Part shown: positions 25,501 through 40,500 of the stretch, piece by piece
Position numbering within the stretch: the first letter of the stretch is position 1
Layout: each line of letters begins with the position of its first letter
The notes under the pieces: generated by a model
Told to the model about the DNA's origin: nothing
Seen by the model: only the letters and a program-made list of their open reading frames with translations
Database searches by the model: none
Made by a program: the position numbers and the translations under genes
NCBI GenBank assembly: GCA_951406725.2
Contig: OX597821.1
Location: 37,324,001-37,388,000, forward strand
Length of the DNA stretch: 64,000 nt
Direction: 5' to 3'
DNA from: Octopus vulgaris
Lineage: Eukaryota

Positions 25501-28500
25501 TGTTTTGTTAAGATTCAGGGCTGTTCTTATACAAGTCCTTGCCTAAAACCATATAATGTGCAATGAAAATAAAATCTCACTAATCCCCACTGTTCAGAAT
25601 ATAAACCTTCTCTCTGTAACTCCCTTCCCAATCACATCTTTCCTGCAATGCAAATATTACAGATGCATAAGTTGAGCAGCAACTGTATCAGTTTCACTAG
25701 TCTTGAAGGGTCTGACAGTTAAAAAGCCAGCTCTTTCCTCATGATGAGACAAAAAAAATATTCTTACAAATTACCTTAAATTTACTTTAAGTCCATCTGG
25801 TGGAGGCAGCTTTTGACCAACGGAAGCTATTAAACGGTCCATTTCAATCTTAGCCTAAGTAACAATGAAATGAAATTTGAACGAAAAAAAAGTTTGTATC
25901 AAATTATGGCTGTAAAAGATTTACAAATTAATTTAAATAACAGATTTATTTATATTTACATCTATCTAGCATACATACAAAAATAATAATTGGTATAATA
26001 GGTTTTGTCAAACCTATCTGTCGCATAACTTTTGGTTTCTTTCACTACTTTCCACCTATTTCTCATTCTCCCTTTTTTCTATAATATGTACATAAGAGTG
26101 AAAACTATTGAAAAGGTTGCAAGACGCAATGAAAATTTTAGAAAATAAAAATAAGAAATAAGTGGAAATTTTACCGGTGAGTGTGTTAAATAATAAGGTA
26201 CTAAAAGAGAATGACTCTCCCCAGACACAACAGAATGTACATAAGACATGCATGTATTTCCCAACATGAACTTTAAAGACATTAAGCTACCATTTTTGAA
26301 AATTTATTACAAAATAGAAAGAAAATAATGAACCTCCTCTCTTTAAATTTCTGTTAGGAAAACTTGTAAATTTTAAGAAGTTACTTCCCAATAAGAAAAG
26401 CCATCTATCTATCTGTCTATCTACCCACCTATCAATCACTGTTTTTACTTTGATCTCTCACTCAATACACAGTCCCTTGTAAAACTGAAATGTCCCACCT
26501 CACTCATGGTCAAATACTCGCAAGCATTGAATTACATGAAAAACAGGACATGGAAGGGAGAGCTGAGGCCAGATGTAAAGTTATTGAATCCCACAACTGA
26601 GGTGAGAGAAGAGTGAGGAAAATTATGACTTGCTATAACTGTGAAAAAAACCATGCCATTATGAGGGAAAATGGATACTCTTTTTCACTTGTTTCAGTCA
26701 TTTGACTGCGGCCATGCTGGAGCACCGCCTTTAATCGAGCAACTCGACCCCGGGACTTATTCTTTTGTAAGCCCAGTACTTATTCTATCGGTCACTTTTG
26801 CCGAACCGCTAAGTAACGGGGACATAAACACACCAGCATCGGTTGTCAAGCAATGCTAGGGGGACAAACACAGACACACAAACGCATATATATATATACA
26901 TATATACGACGGGCTTCTTTCAGTTTCCATCTACCAAATCCACTCACAAGGCTTTGGTCGGCCCGAGGCTATAGTAGAAGACACTTGCCCAAGGTGCCAC
27001 GCAGTGGGACTGAACCCGGAACCATGTGGTTCATAAGCAAGCTACTTACCACACAGCCACTCCTGCGCCTATAAATCAGTACAAGAAACCTTTTTTGAGA
27101 AGCAGGCCACATGAAACACGACCTATCATTATTCATTAGGTGTGCCACTCAGAAAGTCTTGCAGGCTGAAGTTTGCTCATGGTTGGTTTAAATCAATTAA
27201 CTGTTTGAACACAGACGAGTTCTTTGGTGGCCCCTATATTTCCAGTGTAATATTCTCAGAATTTCAAAAACAGTTTTCAAAGTTCTGTTCATACTTTCAT
27301 ACATGCAATAAAGCAATAATGTTTTTATGGTGAATGGGTTTAAATTTAGGTACACTTACAAATAATTAGATGCATTGTAAACAACTCTCCTCCACAGAAC
27401 AACATCAACAATATCCTGAAATAATTTGTCTTTTTGGAAATTCATACAGAATCAAACAAAATTATGAAACAGGAATATCTCTCAAGAAATTCTGTGCAGG
27501 ACTTTTTTTAAAAAAACAAGTCTGAAGAAATGTATCTAAGCCTCTACGGTCACATCCCATACCTATTTCCACAGCATTTACTTGATTCTATGAATGAACA
27601 AGAAATTAGATGTCGTATACTTCAAATTTCCAGACTGCTTACACCACCGAATGGTGCAATAACAGGTGAGTGTCAAATAGGATACATCCAGTGGGCCTAA
27701 ATGTCAATTGGTTGAAAATATTTACTAGGTACATTTACTAATGGAGATTAACTGACTGTGAAAGCACATTAAAATATATTTATACTTTTCAGTAAAATCA
27801 TTTGTCCTGTAGTTCGAGAATGAGAACCCAATTATGTTGCATAAAATGAACTTAAATTTGTAATCACCTGGTTTTTCAACTTTTTGAGGTATGTGATAAC
27901 ACTATAACTGAGGCAATTTTCCATATTATCTGGGATCAGACTTGGGGCACCCATACGTTGTAATGCTTTCCGTAAAGGCTGTAGAAAATAAAGAGAATGC
28001 TATTAACTTATGATAAAATATAATTGAAATTTCTTTGAAAATAACTTGAGATGAGATTGTAAGGGAGTACAATTAGGTTGACCAAAAACCTTGAATCATA
28101 TGCATTATGTATAATAGGAAACAATCCCTTACAGAAACATGTAAAAAAAAAATAAATCATAATGTAAAGTAGTTTGGCCAGTTTTTGATAGAATTATGAA
28201 TTATATGTTTCTTTATTAGCCACACAGGGCTGCACAAAGACGGGCCAAATTACAAGGCAGAGCTTTTCTTTCGGGGATAAAAAAAGGGGGTTTGGTTTTT
28301 GATCAAAAGGGATCATAAAAAGAAAGGAGGAAAGCAAAAAAAAAGAAGGGGGGGGGGAATGTTCAGTAGCCAATATACAAGAGACATACAATCCTGGGAA
28401 AATGGATGCATCTAGGTACTGGTTCCTTTGTTGTTGGTTAAGAATGCATAGCTGATTGTAAGGGCACTATTATGATCTGTGCTCTTCGCCATAGCTAGCT

Positions 28501-31500
28501 TTGTTGTAGTTAAAGAGTGTGGTACATATGCAATGTGTGATGAGGCAGAATGTGAAATTGGAAATTTAACATCTGCTTTCCGTGCTGGCATGGGTTGGGC
28601 AGTTTGACAGGATCCAGTGAGCTGCAGGACTGCGCAAGCTTCATGTTCTTCCTAATACCAGCTACAGTATATAGTGGGTGGTTTTCCTTTTGTGTGCCAC
28701 TGGCACTAGTGAACTTGTCAAGTAAATTGCAAGACAAAAAAACCCAGATAAAAACAAAAAAGCCCCTCTCAAGTGGGGGGATATTTGAGAGGGTAAAGGG
28801 CAATATGCTAAGGAACGATAGAAGGATAAGCAAAGGTGTCTTTAAAAGTTCTATGACAGAGATGAAAGAAAATATAAGAGGCAAATGAATGTTTGGAACT
28901 ATAGTGCAAAGAAATGTTTCCTTCAACAAATACCAGATAGAAAGTAGGTATGTGTGTATGGGTGGATTACATGCCTTTAGGGAGTCATTTTTACTTAAAT
29001 GGACAGGTCTTTGCAAGCACAGCAAATTGTCAATCACCTTAGTCTTGTGTCATCATAAGAAGGTTGCTTTTCATCACTTCATTCCGCATCTTCCACACAC
29101 CTACACACCCACCCACATGCAAAAACATTTATGTTTGAGACAGTGTCTCTGACAAAAGAGTGGAAAAGTCGGGGACATATAGCTTTGAGGATAACTGGAA
29201 GTTCGTGTGGGACAATCTGAGGGCCACGGATGAAATCTTTGGCCAGTGCAGAGTCCCAGCTAGGTCAAGGGTGACCTGGTGGTAGAACAAGGAGGTAGAC
29301 AGTGCTATGAAAGCAAAGAGACAGGCTAGGAAAAACTGGAAAAACAGTGGAAGCAGAGGATTATATCAGGTAGCCAGAAGGGTGGTTGAGCATCAGGTTT
29401 AAATAGAAAAAGAATAGCAGATGGGAAGAGATTTGCAAATGTTCTACAGTATGAGGTGTTCAGGACTGCAAAGCAGTGTAGCAGAGAGAATAAAGATGCA
29501 GTGGGTGAGATATGGGTGGGAATGGATAATGGTATGCTTGCACTTAGTGACTCAAAGGAAAGATGCATGGAAGTGTCACTATGAAAGGTTACTAGATGTG
29601 AAAAATGCATGGGAGAAGGAGAATCTTTCAAATATCAAACCAATCGAGAGACAGCTGCATAAAGAAGTGCCAGTTACTGAAAGTAGATGGTACTTCTGGA
29701 AAGGGGAAACCCAAGGCATGGGATGAAGTGGTAAGGACCAATCTCTGGATCTTGGGGCTCACGAAGAAAAATGAACCGAGATGTCTGGTGATATAAGTTT
29801 CTTGAGAAAACCCCACTTCATGTCAGCAAAACTTGATTCTAGAAGCGCTGGGTGTGCCAAGAAAACCTTTTACACATCCTACCTTAACAAACCAAACTAC
29901 AATTTTCTCCTCTCCTTTCATGCATTATGCTTACCTGTCATTCTCCAATCCTCATGGTCCTGTTCACTGTATCTATCTGATAGCACCCCCAACCCCTTTA
30001 CACACCCAGATCTTCATGCTTCCTTGGCAATGTCCTGTCGCCTATATTATTATTTCCGTATCCTAAGCGTATGCCCTGGCATTTGCCACCATTTTTCTCT
30101 CTTCTTTTATGCAACCATCCCATTTATATTCTGATCTTCAACCCTTGTGAGTATGCCTGGCACTCTGCCACCATCTTTTTTCTGTTCCCTTACGCTCTAA
30201 TTGTCTCCCACTCTTTCCTCTTCGGCTTAAGTAACCATGTGTCTCCTTTACAGTGGCACACTACTTTCTGTCCTCATTTCTGATCAGGTGAAGCTAAAAG
30301 GTGAATTATACCAGCAAATATTTTTTTATTTCTACAAGTGGGCAGACAGAGATGGATTTTAATGTACTTGATATGTTTCCTTGTAGCTGCAAGAAAATTA
30401 TGTGCTATAATAATAATATTGGGTGAAGGGGTGAAGTGCATCCAAAATGACAAATTTTCCTTATAAGGATAATCTTATAAGATTTAAAGAGTTCAACTAT
30501 AGAAATGCACAAAAAAAAATCACTAATTCTCATACTCCTTAATTATTAAAAAAAATTTTCAAAAATTTTGAACAATGATGAAAAGTGAAATAAACCTTCT
30601 TTCCTATCTTATTAACAATTAAAATCCAGTAGGTACACTGAGATACCTATAGTGTCATTGTATCAACATGCTGTTGTCTCCATACCACAAGCTTCTTTCA
30701 AATGCTAACTCTGCACCATTTCTATAGCAGCTGAATTAAAAGGCTTTTGGCACTGATTATATATATATATAAAATAAAATAAAAGTTGCAAAACTGAGCT
30801 GATCATTAAGTCAGGAAAAATTGCTTCAGAAAGCTGATGAAATAGCTTTTTAAGTGACTTACCCCAGCATAATAAACAGGCATTGTTTTCAAATAACTGT
30901 CAAATTGTTGCCGCCAGTTTTTGGTTGGTTTAGATTTATGAACCTTGAACAATTCATCTGAGAATAAAAAATAAAAAACAATTTGGATGTTTTTACACTT
31001 ATTTTAGTCTCACTATGATGCTCATGCTGAGACATGGCCCTGAAGTGATCTTAGTTGATCACATTGAATTGCTAAACTATATTTTGGATATTAAGGGATG
31101 CAACTCAACATACCAGTCAACAAAAACACAAACACATATATAGCAGGCTTCCACACAGTTTCTGTCTACCAAGCTTCACTCACAGGGCATTTGTCAACCC
31201 AAGACTACAGCAAAAGACACTTGCCTAAGGTGTCGTGCAGCAATTTCAAAATTGGCGCCACATGGTTGCGAAGCATACATCTTAACCACACAGCTATGCT
31301 TGCGCCTATATGAAAAGAAATTTAATTTTAATAGAAAAATAATAAAAGTTTATATTTACCAAGCAGTGGCAACAGTACTGGATAGTTATATGGCATCACA
31401 AATAAGTTAACACATGATAGGTTACTGCTAGCTTTTACATAACCAAATGGATGGCAGAAGTCAAATTTGGCACTGTTACTTACAAATACCTGGAGACAAG

Positions 31501-34500
31501 AAAAAGAAACCCAAAATTTTAGAAAAATATTCTTTATAATGGGAAATTATCTATGGTATAGATACAGTACAACATAATTACATAAAAGGTAACATAAAAA
31601 TTAAGATAATGATAAAACATGAAAAAGATCAGTGGAAGTTTGATGTTCTTTATACCTCTTTACAAAGAGTAGAGTCTTGTTTTTTTTAACATTTGGTCAT
31701 TAAAACTCAGTTGCATGTTTAGACAACTAAAATGATATTACATTCTAATAACAAAATAATTTGTGCTACAATTTAATTTTTGAATTGAACCTATTTTCTG
31801 CACTAACCATCTTGTAGTCTCTAAATATGGAATTATTGAATGCTTATATTGAAAATTTGGGAACAGATGGCTAAACAAGCTGCTTGACATTAATATGGGG
31901 TATTTATTGTCTGAAAAGTCATCATGACAAACACAAAGTTATTAACAATACTAACTTGCCAACAATTGTTTGGTTGTTTACGTTCAAGGATATACTGAGT
32001 TAGTGGTGATGGTTCGAGTTCATATTTATCAAAAGGGAGATTGTCGATAACTAACGGTTCACATGCTGTACATGAAAACTGTACCACAGGCTGAGCAGTT
32101 CGCGGGCTCTGAAATTGAAAAAAGTAATTATTGCATTAATGAACAGTGGAAATTATATAAAAATAATTACATTCCATAAAGAAAAATAAATTAACATGAT
32201 GTGACTGAATTTTTATAATCTTTTTCCTAAAACTGTGCCAGAATTTTGAGACTTTTACTAAACAGTTCTTCCAAACCTTTATTGTTTTAAGCTCAATTCT
32301 AGATACATAATTTTTTGTATTAATAGTGGTTTACCTCAAAAGTTTATTTTACTTTCATCCTCCAACTCATTCAATATCCGTATTCTATGCTGGGTTGCAC
32401 AGGATCTGATAGGCTTAAGGATTGCATTGTGCTCTTCCTAATGTCAGCTACTTTACAGCATGTAGTGGGTGTTCTTTTTCATGCCACCAGCCCCTTGTGA
32501 GGTCACTATGAAGCTTATATGACTACAAACCCCAAGGATGCGAAGAAACATCATACTAGGACAATGTGTAGAGAGGGATAAAGTTTTAAAGAAAAAAGTG
32601 CCTGAACATAACCTAACAGGTTTCATGTAGAGAAACTACATAACTTTCACATTTTAGAAGCAAGGGTGGGGGACTGGGTGGAGCCAGACAAACTATAAAG
32701 AATACCAGTCTTTTTTATGTAATTCAAAACTATAAATTCTCTACTTTGGATTTGAGTCTAGACAAGGTCTATATTTCATCTTTTTTTCTCTCCTGTTAAA
32801 ACAATTTACAGCTGAAGCAAACTCATTATAATACATAGATATGGCTTTTACTGAACTGCTTACGTTTTTTGTTGACCTTATATGAATGTTATTATCAAAT
32901 TACATAAGATAACTCAACAATAAGCATTGAAAGAAACCCTTGTTTCTATTTTATTATCAGTTTTATCACCAAAAACAACCCAGAAATAATTACAAATATA
33001 TAACCAGCAGTGAAATATTCAAAAAGTCAAAAAAACAGATTTTGAAAAACCAGCTCAAAGATCCTTCATCCTCATTTAATGTCCCTTTTCCATACTGGCA
33101 AGGCTGGAAGCTGTACTAGGTTCCATTGTTGGTTTTGGCTTGGTTTCTATAGCTGGATGCCCTTCCTAATGCCAACTACTTTACAGAGTGTAGTAAGTGT
33201 TTTTTACGTGACACCATCACCAGTGCTTTTTACATAGAACTGTTCAAACCTATAAGAGTTGTTTCTTGTTGTTGGTAATTCTACATCACATTAATACACT
33301 TAGCTATCAGAAACAAGAATCAGATTTTTGGTGGGATGTGTCAGTAACAGTGACCACTCACCAAGACATAAAAAATGCTTGTGCTAGTGCCATGAAATAA
33401 TTCACCAGTGCTGGTGCCACAAAAAGCACCCAGCTGTAGAAATCATGCCAAAACAGACGATTGGAGCTCAGTACAGCTATCTGGCTGGTCAGCTCCTGTC
33501 ACACAGTTCAAACCATGCAAGTATGGAAAATGGATACATAATATATACACATACTTCTTATCACAAATGATTTGGTTGTAAAGAATTCCTGAATAATAAC
33601 TTACCAAAGTCTGAATACTACTGTCAGGCCAATAGGCTTCTGGTATTGGCCAATGACCGACAGAATACCCTTTTTGTGCTGATCGCTGAACATAGATGAG
33701 TTTCCTGTTACTGTGCCAGGCTGGAGTTGCCCCTGAACCTTGAGATTCTATTTCTCGTTTATCATTTTCCCCATACTGGTTTGTTACATCACCATTTTCT
33801 AAAACAGAAATTCAAAGATTGCAATTATCATTTCTAATGATTTTCATCACCTGGTTCAGAAATCTGATGTCTCTATAATTATTTCTTCTCACTGAAGAAT
33901 TTGAAAACCTGGATGAACGGACTCATGCCAGAAGGTTTAATGGTCAATAAAAGGTCTAAAACTGAAGTACCATTTGCAAGGGAATATTTCTCATATTGAG
34001 CAAATTTACATTTTTATAACATAACAAACACTTACCTTCATTTACTGGCTTCGGATCCGGACCAATTTTCTCAAAATTTATGACAACTCCTGCTTGAACC
34101 TTCTGAACTAATGATTCAAGAGCTGCATTCAACATTTTTTGAGATAAAATTGCATAAGATCGCCCTGCATAATAAACAAATTAATTGATCATTCTATCAA
34201 TGAAATATATATATATATATATATATAATTGTAAGTAGACATATAAGATAATTTAAAAAAACACCTAGAAATTATTAGAAATACATGTAAAACTTAAAGA
34301 AAAATTGCAAGAAACAACAGAAACCCATTAATTTCTCTTTTTTTCCCCCTTAAAGTTAATGGCATGCTTTATTTGATTATTGATAACCTTGATTCCACCC
34401 AGAACTATCAAACTGACAAATCTATCATTTTGAAAATCTTTTATCATTAGTCCACAGATGTACTATTTTTTTATAATTCTGCAATAAAGTATGCTGCTCT

Positions 34501-37500
34501 TCAGAATTTTCCTGTTGGACTTTACTTTCACTTGAACCCACATGTTCCATCAGTTTCTCTGTTTTATCCCCTCTATTTTCAACTTACACCAAATTCTGAA
34601 TAGGTTTTTATTCCAAGAAGTTGTTCTGTAGAACTTTTCTCTCTTGTATTCCAAAAATACATTTAACCATATAAGCCTTATACTCACACAATATCTTGTG
34701 CTAGTTAAAATAAACCCCAATGACAAGATAACTTTGGGCCTTTTTTTCAGTATCTCAAATACCTTGACTCTCACCTATCTTGAATCAAAATAAAAAGTAA
34801 AAAAGAAAAAAAAAATTTCTAAGACTTAAAAGTAAATTAGAGTTAGGTTTTTACCACCGGTGACATCACACATTGCGTTAATTGGATGGGTTTCAGCAAC
34901 AGGAATGTAAACAAATCCATTATCGACTGGTGGGGTTGCTGGAATCTCCAGAACTAAGCCAAATATTCTTTGATCCCATCTAAATGGTTCTTTTGTTAGT
35001 TCACAACCTGGGACCACTGAATTCATTGGCAGATTCAACTGAAAAGAAACCAATAAGAATTTACAAATTAATTATAAAATAATTTGTTTTTGTACAATTA
35101 GAATATTTAGGAAGTTTAACAGACTAACCTGTATATTTTTTATGAAACATTTTTCATTTTATAAATGACCATTAACAAGACACTTCTGCAAATACCAATG
35201 CATCTCGTTTGTCACTGAGTTTATGATGTCATTAGGGAATAATTACTTTGTGCACTAGCTAATTAACTAAGCAAGTAGCTAATAGCTATATACTACAACA
35301 ATGTTAGCACATTTAATATAGTGATACAAGGAATGATATTTAATCAAATTCACCCCAGTGATAAAGAGAAAGAATTATGAGCTTAATTTTAGTAAAAGAC
35401 AAGGGAGGAGGCAAATGTGGGCAATGCAGTGGTGAGTTTGATATTGACCGTGATAATTGTGGACATGTTTTGGTCTTATTTGTTCATTTCTTTCTTTCAT
35501 AAAAATAAAATTAATGTAGCTTCTGTGCCAAATTGATTACTAAGTGACTAGTTGGTTGGTTAATGTTCTGAGTATAATGTATCACAGAACTTGAAAATCT
35601 TTATCACTAAATTCCTGGCTCAAGCCCATAATGTTTGTATACCCCAGTAAATCTGTCTGAAGGTTCCTGACTTTGTCATAGAAATCTTTTCAGTGAGGTC
35701 TAACATCAAGTTTTTATAGAGATTTCTTTTATATAATACTCAAGTGAAGCTGAAATCTACTGTAATGTGCACACAACTTCATTGATGTCTTTTTATGCTC
35801 CAACTTAGTTATTTCAACCTAATAATTGCTACAAAACAGAATAAATTTCAGAGTAAAATTCTATCAGATTTATATAAAACTTCTTACTGTGCTTAAAATA
35901 GCACTTTAATACATCAAGAAACAAAAATAAGTTATAGTTCTTTTTCTCACAAAACCATTTAAAATTAATTTAGAATTAAATTAAAACACATATAGCATCT
36001 AGTTTGAATTAGAACTAATAAAAAGTTAAGTAATAAATAATGCTTTACCTCAAGTTGAACACTATTTGGAGATGTTAGCCGACCTCGATCAGTGATTAAT
36101 ACAATAACAGCAGGTTCTAGATAAAATGGACACCGGCCCTTAAAAGATAAAGAGAAAATACTTATTTTTCATGAATCAAAATGTTAAGATCTGTAATTAT
36201 ATTTCAAGATGATAAACACTGTCAATATTCTAAGCTATAAAATACAATGAGAGCAGAGAAGGCTTTGATGCTTTACTACATATAAAGACTAAGGACTAAA
36301 TCTCAACTGGAAAATAGGCAATAAGGGAGGGAGAGGTGATGGGAAGAGGAGCTGTGTGACGTGGACAATGTAACCTGAATATAATTATTTCCCCTGTACT
36401 TTTAATTATATTTTTAGTTCAAGTGTGTCGCTGAATTTTGAACAGAATGTAAGTGAACACCAAATGAAAAAAAAAAGTAGCAGAGCACAGTAAATTGCTA
36501 ATTATCTCAGTTTTTTGTCATCTCCCCTGTGAGGTTCAACATCTTCAGATCAGCCCTCACTACTTTGTCCCACTTCTTGCAATTTTCTGTCATTTCCTTC
36601 ATGAGGTTCAGTACTCTGCCAACATCAGCCTTCACCTCTTCTGTTGTGTTCCTCTTTGGGTTGTTTTGTATTTCTACACATCATGTATCTGCACCAGCAG
36701 TTTTTGAACAGATCACAATAAATTCTTAACTCTCAGCTCACCCGTGATGTGCCATACATGCATGCTAACACATCTAGTGGAGAATGTTAGCCTCTTTCTT
36801 TCAGCCATCACACAACCTTGACATTCAAAGCCCATGTTTTAAACCATGTGTTGTCGCACTTAATACACAAGTAACACACAAACATTCAGCCAGGAACAAT
36901 ATTAACGAGATATCAATGGTTTCTGGTTTAGGAACATTGAAAGGCAAAGTTGATGTTGGATGAACTCAGAAGTAGAGCCAGGACAAATACAGCAAAGGGT
37001 TTATCTTAACACACTAATCATTCTGTCAGTCCACCCTGTTAATAACAACAGAAACACATTAAATATGTTAAAGTAAATTTTCTTTGATCTTTCATTGTTT
37101 ATTGCAAAATAATTTCCTGCAAACAACATTCCCAATAATTTCTGTAAATGTTATTTTATCACTATTGCAGTAAAGGAAAAAAAAAAATGAAGAAAGTTTT
37201 TTACCTGACCATAAGTGTCTATGCCAGACTGCATTCGATTCATATTGAGAAGATCAAATGCATGCTTGAGAGATGCTCCTAACACTGTTAGGCCATCGGC
37301 TTTTAAATTTTTTAATTCATTCATGAAAGTTGCATGAGACTCTTTCCAACCAGCCTGAAAAATTAAAATATTTCATTTATGAAATTTCAGATGGTATCAT
37401 TTCATAATTGTTGGGACAACTAGATTCAATGAATTTGAAAATAAAGAGACCAATAGGCATGGTCATAGAATTGGTGAAACTAATGTAAAACTATTAAAAT

Positions 37501-40500
37501 AAATAGCACAGCAACGCTTTTTGCTTGATAGGCAAAAGACAAGCATATTCTATACATGATGGAAATTCAGTACTTAAAAAAAGAAAAATTGCAAAAAATA
37601 AGGTATGTACAGTAAACTGGCTGAATATTTAACTACTTAACGATGCACATAACAAGTGAATAATTAATTGAAAAATAATATGATATAGTATCAAATAAAT
37701 TGCAAAACATGACTGTCTTCTGCAAGACAAAATGGCACAGGAAAAATAGCTATTTACAAATCTCTAGATGAGCAAGCAATAAAGATAATTAATTGCACTC
37801 CCTTCGCAATATCCTGTCACTTATGGCATTTGAACCTCAAGGGTATACCCTGGCACTTGCCACTATCTGTATCTCTCTCTTCCTTTACTCAACCATCTCA
37901 TTTTTACTCTGATCCCCACTCCTTGTGGGCATGCCTGGCATTTTGCCACCATTTCCATCCTGCAGTCTCCCACTTTTTCTCTCTCCTCCTGTTGCACACA
38001 ACCGCATATTTTCTTTGCAGTAGCATATCTGTTTCTGTCTTCATTCCTGATATTTCTCTCTCTGGCCAGGTAATCTTAGACACCTATATCTGTCTCACTA
38101 TAACCATTTCATCACCCCCCCACCTCTTAAAAGTTTTTGTCTTGCATGTACTTGGTGATCCTGTCAATGCAGGTGCCACTTAAAAGCATCCAATCCATAC
38201 TGTAAATTGGTTGGTGTTCGGAAGGGCATCCAGCTGTAAAAACCTGGCCAAAACTGACCTCGTCTGTGCTTGTGCCACATAAAAAGCACTAATTCCACTT
38301 TGCTGAGTGGTTGGTGTTATGAAGGACATTCAACTGTAAAAATCCTGCCATAACAGTCACAGAAGTCTGGTGCAGGCTTCGGCCTGGTTGGCTCTTGTGG
38401 TACCAACCCACCTATGCTAGCATGGAACACGGATGCTAAATGATGATGATGAATAACATTTCTTATATGGTTTTTATTTCATAGTTTCAGGAAGAGAGTA
38501 GTGCTACAGTTCTTTTCACTGTTTTGATACCAAACCACCTGCGAATGCCCTTGGTGCCAGGATACAAACTTCCAGATTTAAAGTGATAAATTAAAAAAAC
38601 TTGCATGAAAATTGATGTTAATTTATGTTTTAAACACCAGGTTAAGTTTAGAAATTTTTTTTTCATGGTTGACAATGAAGATCTCCCTCAGAATGAAGGA
38701 CAAATTGTACAATGCTTGTGTTACTACTGCAATGTTGCATGACAGTGGGGACATGTGCCTTGAATGTAGAGGATTTGAGAAGACTGGAAAGAAATAAAGC
38801 TAGCATGCATTGTTGGATATGCAATGCAAGTGTGCATGAAGGATAAAGCATTAACAAGAAAGGCTGGGCAAAAGAGCAATCTGATGCAGAGTACAAGAAA
38901 GAAGATGTGATGCATATGGATGAGTACAACTGTATAAAGAAGTTTAATATGGGTGGATCTTGCAGAAGAGGGAGATCCAGGAAGGCATGGGGTGAAAAGG
39001 TAAAGATTGACGACAAAAGGCTGGGATGACTAGCAACATGCAATTCTTGAAAAGACCTAATCAGTATGGAAAAACTAAGATCCTGTAAACAAAACTACCC
39101 CCTATCCATCTCACATATCCTCCTCAAGATATTTCTAACATCCATTATTTCCCTAATTGCACTATTCTGCTTTTCCCTGATACCAATTATCCCATTACTA
39201 TCAAACTATTTCACTATTATCCCTCTTCCATTCTTAATTCTGTCTTCTCCACCCACCTTTTACAATGATTACCCTCCTGAGCCACCAAATTATCTCTCCT
39301 CTACCACCATTTCATCATGTCATCTTTCTATTTCTCCCTTGTTCACTGTACCATTATCATTTATTGTTGCCATGTAAAAAGCAGAGGTGATGGTGCCACA
39401 TAAAAAACACCCAGTACACTATTAAGTGGCCGGCATTAGGAAGGGCATCAAGCCATAGAAAACCTGCCAGGACAAGGGAGCCTTGTGTAGCCTTGCCAGC
39501 TCTGGTCACACCATCCAACCCATAACTGCACGGAAAATGGACATTAAATGATGATGTTAATTATGAGTTTGCTTTTCTTTGCTGTTATCTACTCCCTCCT
39601 ATCTCATGTATCATTATTGAACACCCTGCCCAATTTCTACAGTTATCACTTACTCTTTTCTACTTCCCCTATTTATGACCCCTCAGTAATTGCTCAATTT
39701 TATTACCCATCTCACACCCTCATACATTCGCAACCTTTACTCACTCACACTTCCTGTTCTATCCCTATTCATTCTGTATCTTAAGGGTTCACCCTGGCAC
39801 TCATCACCACTATTTTTTACCCCTTCCCAGTTCCACCATCTCATTTTAATATAAGTAACCATGTCTTCTCTGCCAGTGGCACGCAAAAAGCACCAACCGA
39901 TCGTGGCCATCGCCAGCCTCACCTGGCACGTAAAAAGCACCCACTATATTCTGGGAGTGTGATGCAGTTCTAGGAGCTGTTGGATCCTATCAAACTACCC
40001 AACCCATGCCAGCAAACATGTATGTTGAATAGTGATGGGGACAATACAAAGCCTTTTATTCTCTGGCAGAATTTTGGAATAGCTGCCCCTCAAAAGATCA
40101 TACTTTATTACTGAATGCATATTTCATTATTTTGTCTTAGTATTCTTCAAGAACTGAAAATTTCGAAGAAATATACTCCAAAATATACATTGTCTATGCA
40201 ATATTTCTCTCTCTCACCTTCACATAAAGTCTCTTAATGCAAAGAGAAATGAGTGGTCAAATGTTACAATATATACACACATATATATACATATACATAC
40301 ATATATATATATATATATAAATGTATCTAAAATCTACTTGCTGTGTTCGAGTACATCACATCTGCTATTCAACTAACAAACTGAAATCAAACTTCCATCA
40401 GGTGTTTTGAAAACAGGCTGCCAACTTTTGACATAACTTCAGTTGTGTCTCAAGATTTTAATTCCTTATTACTTTTTGAAAAATTCACATATCCGAATGA

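Noticed and set aside
27634-27665. Plus-strand microexon-like segment (tttccag|32 nt|gtgagt) suggesting a nested antisense gene
   Set aside because: No partner exons or recognisable protein were found; likely chance.
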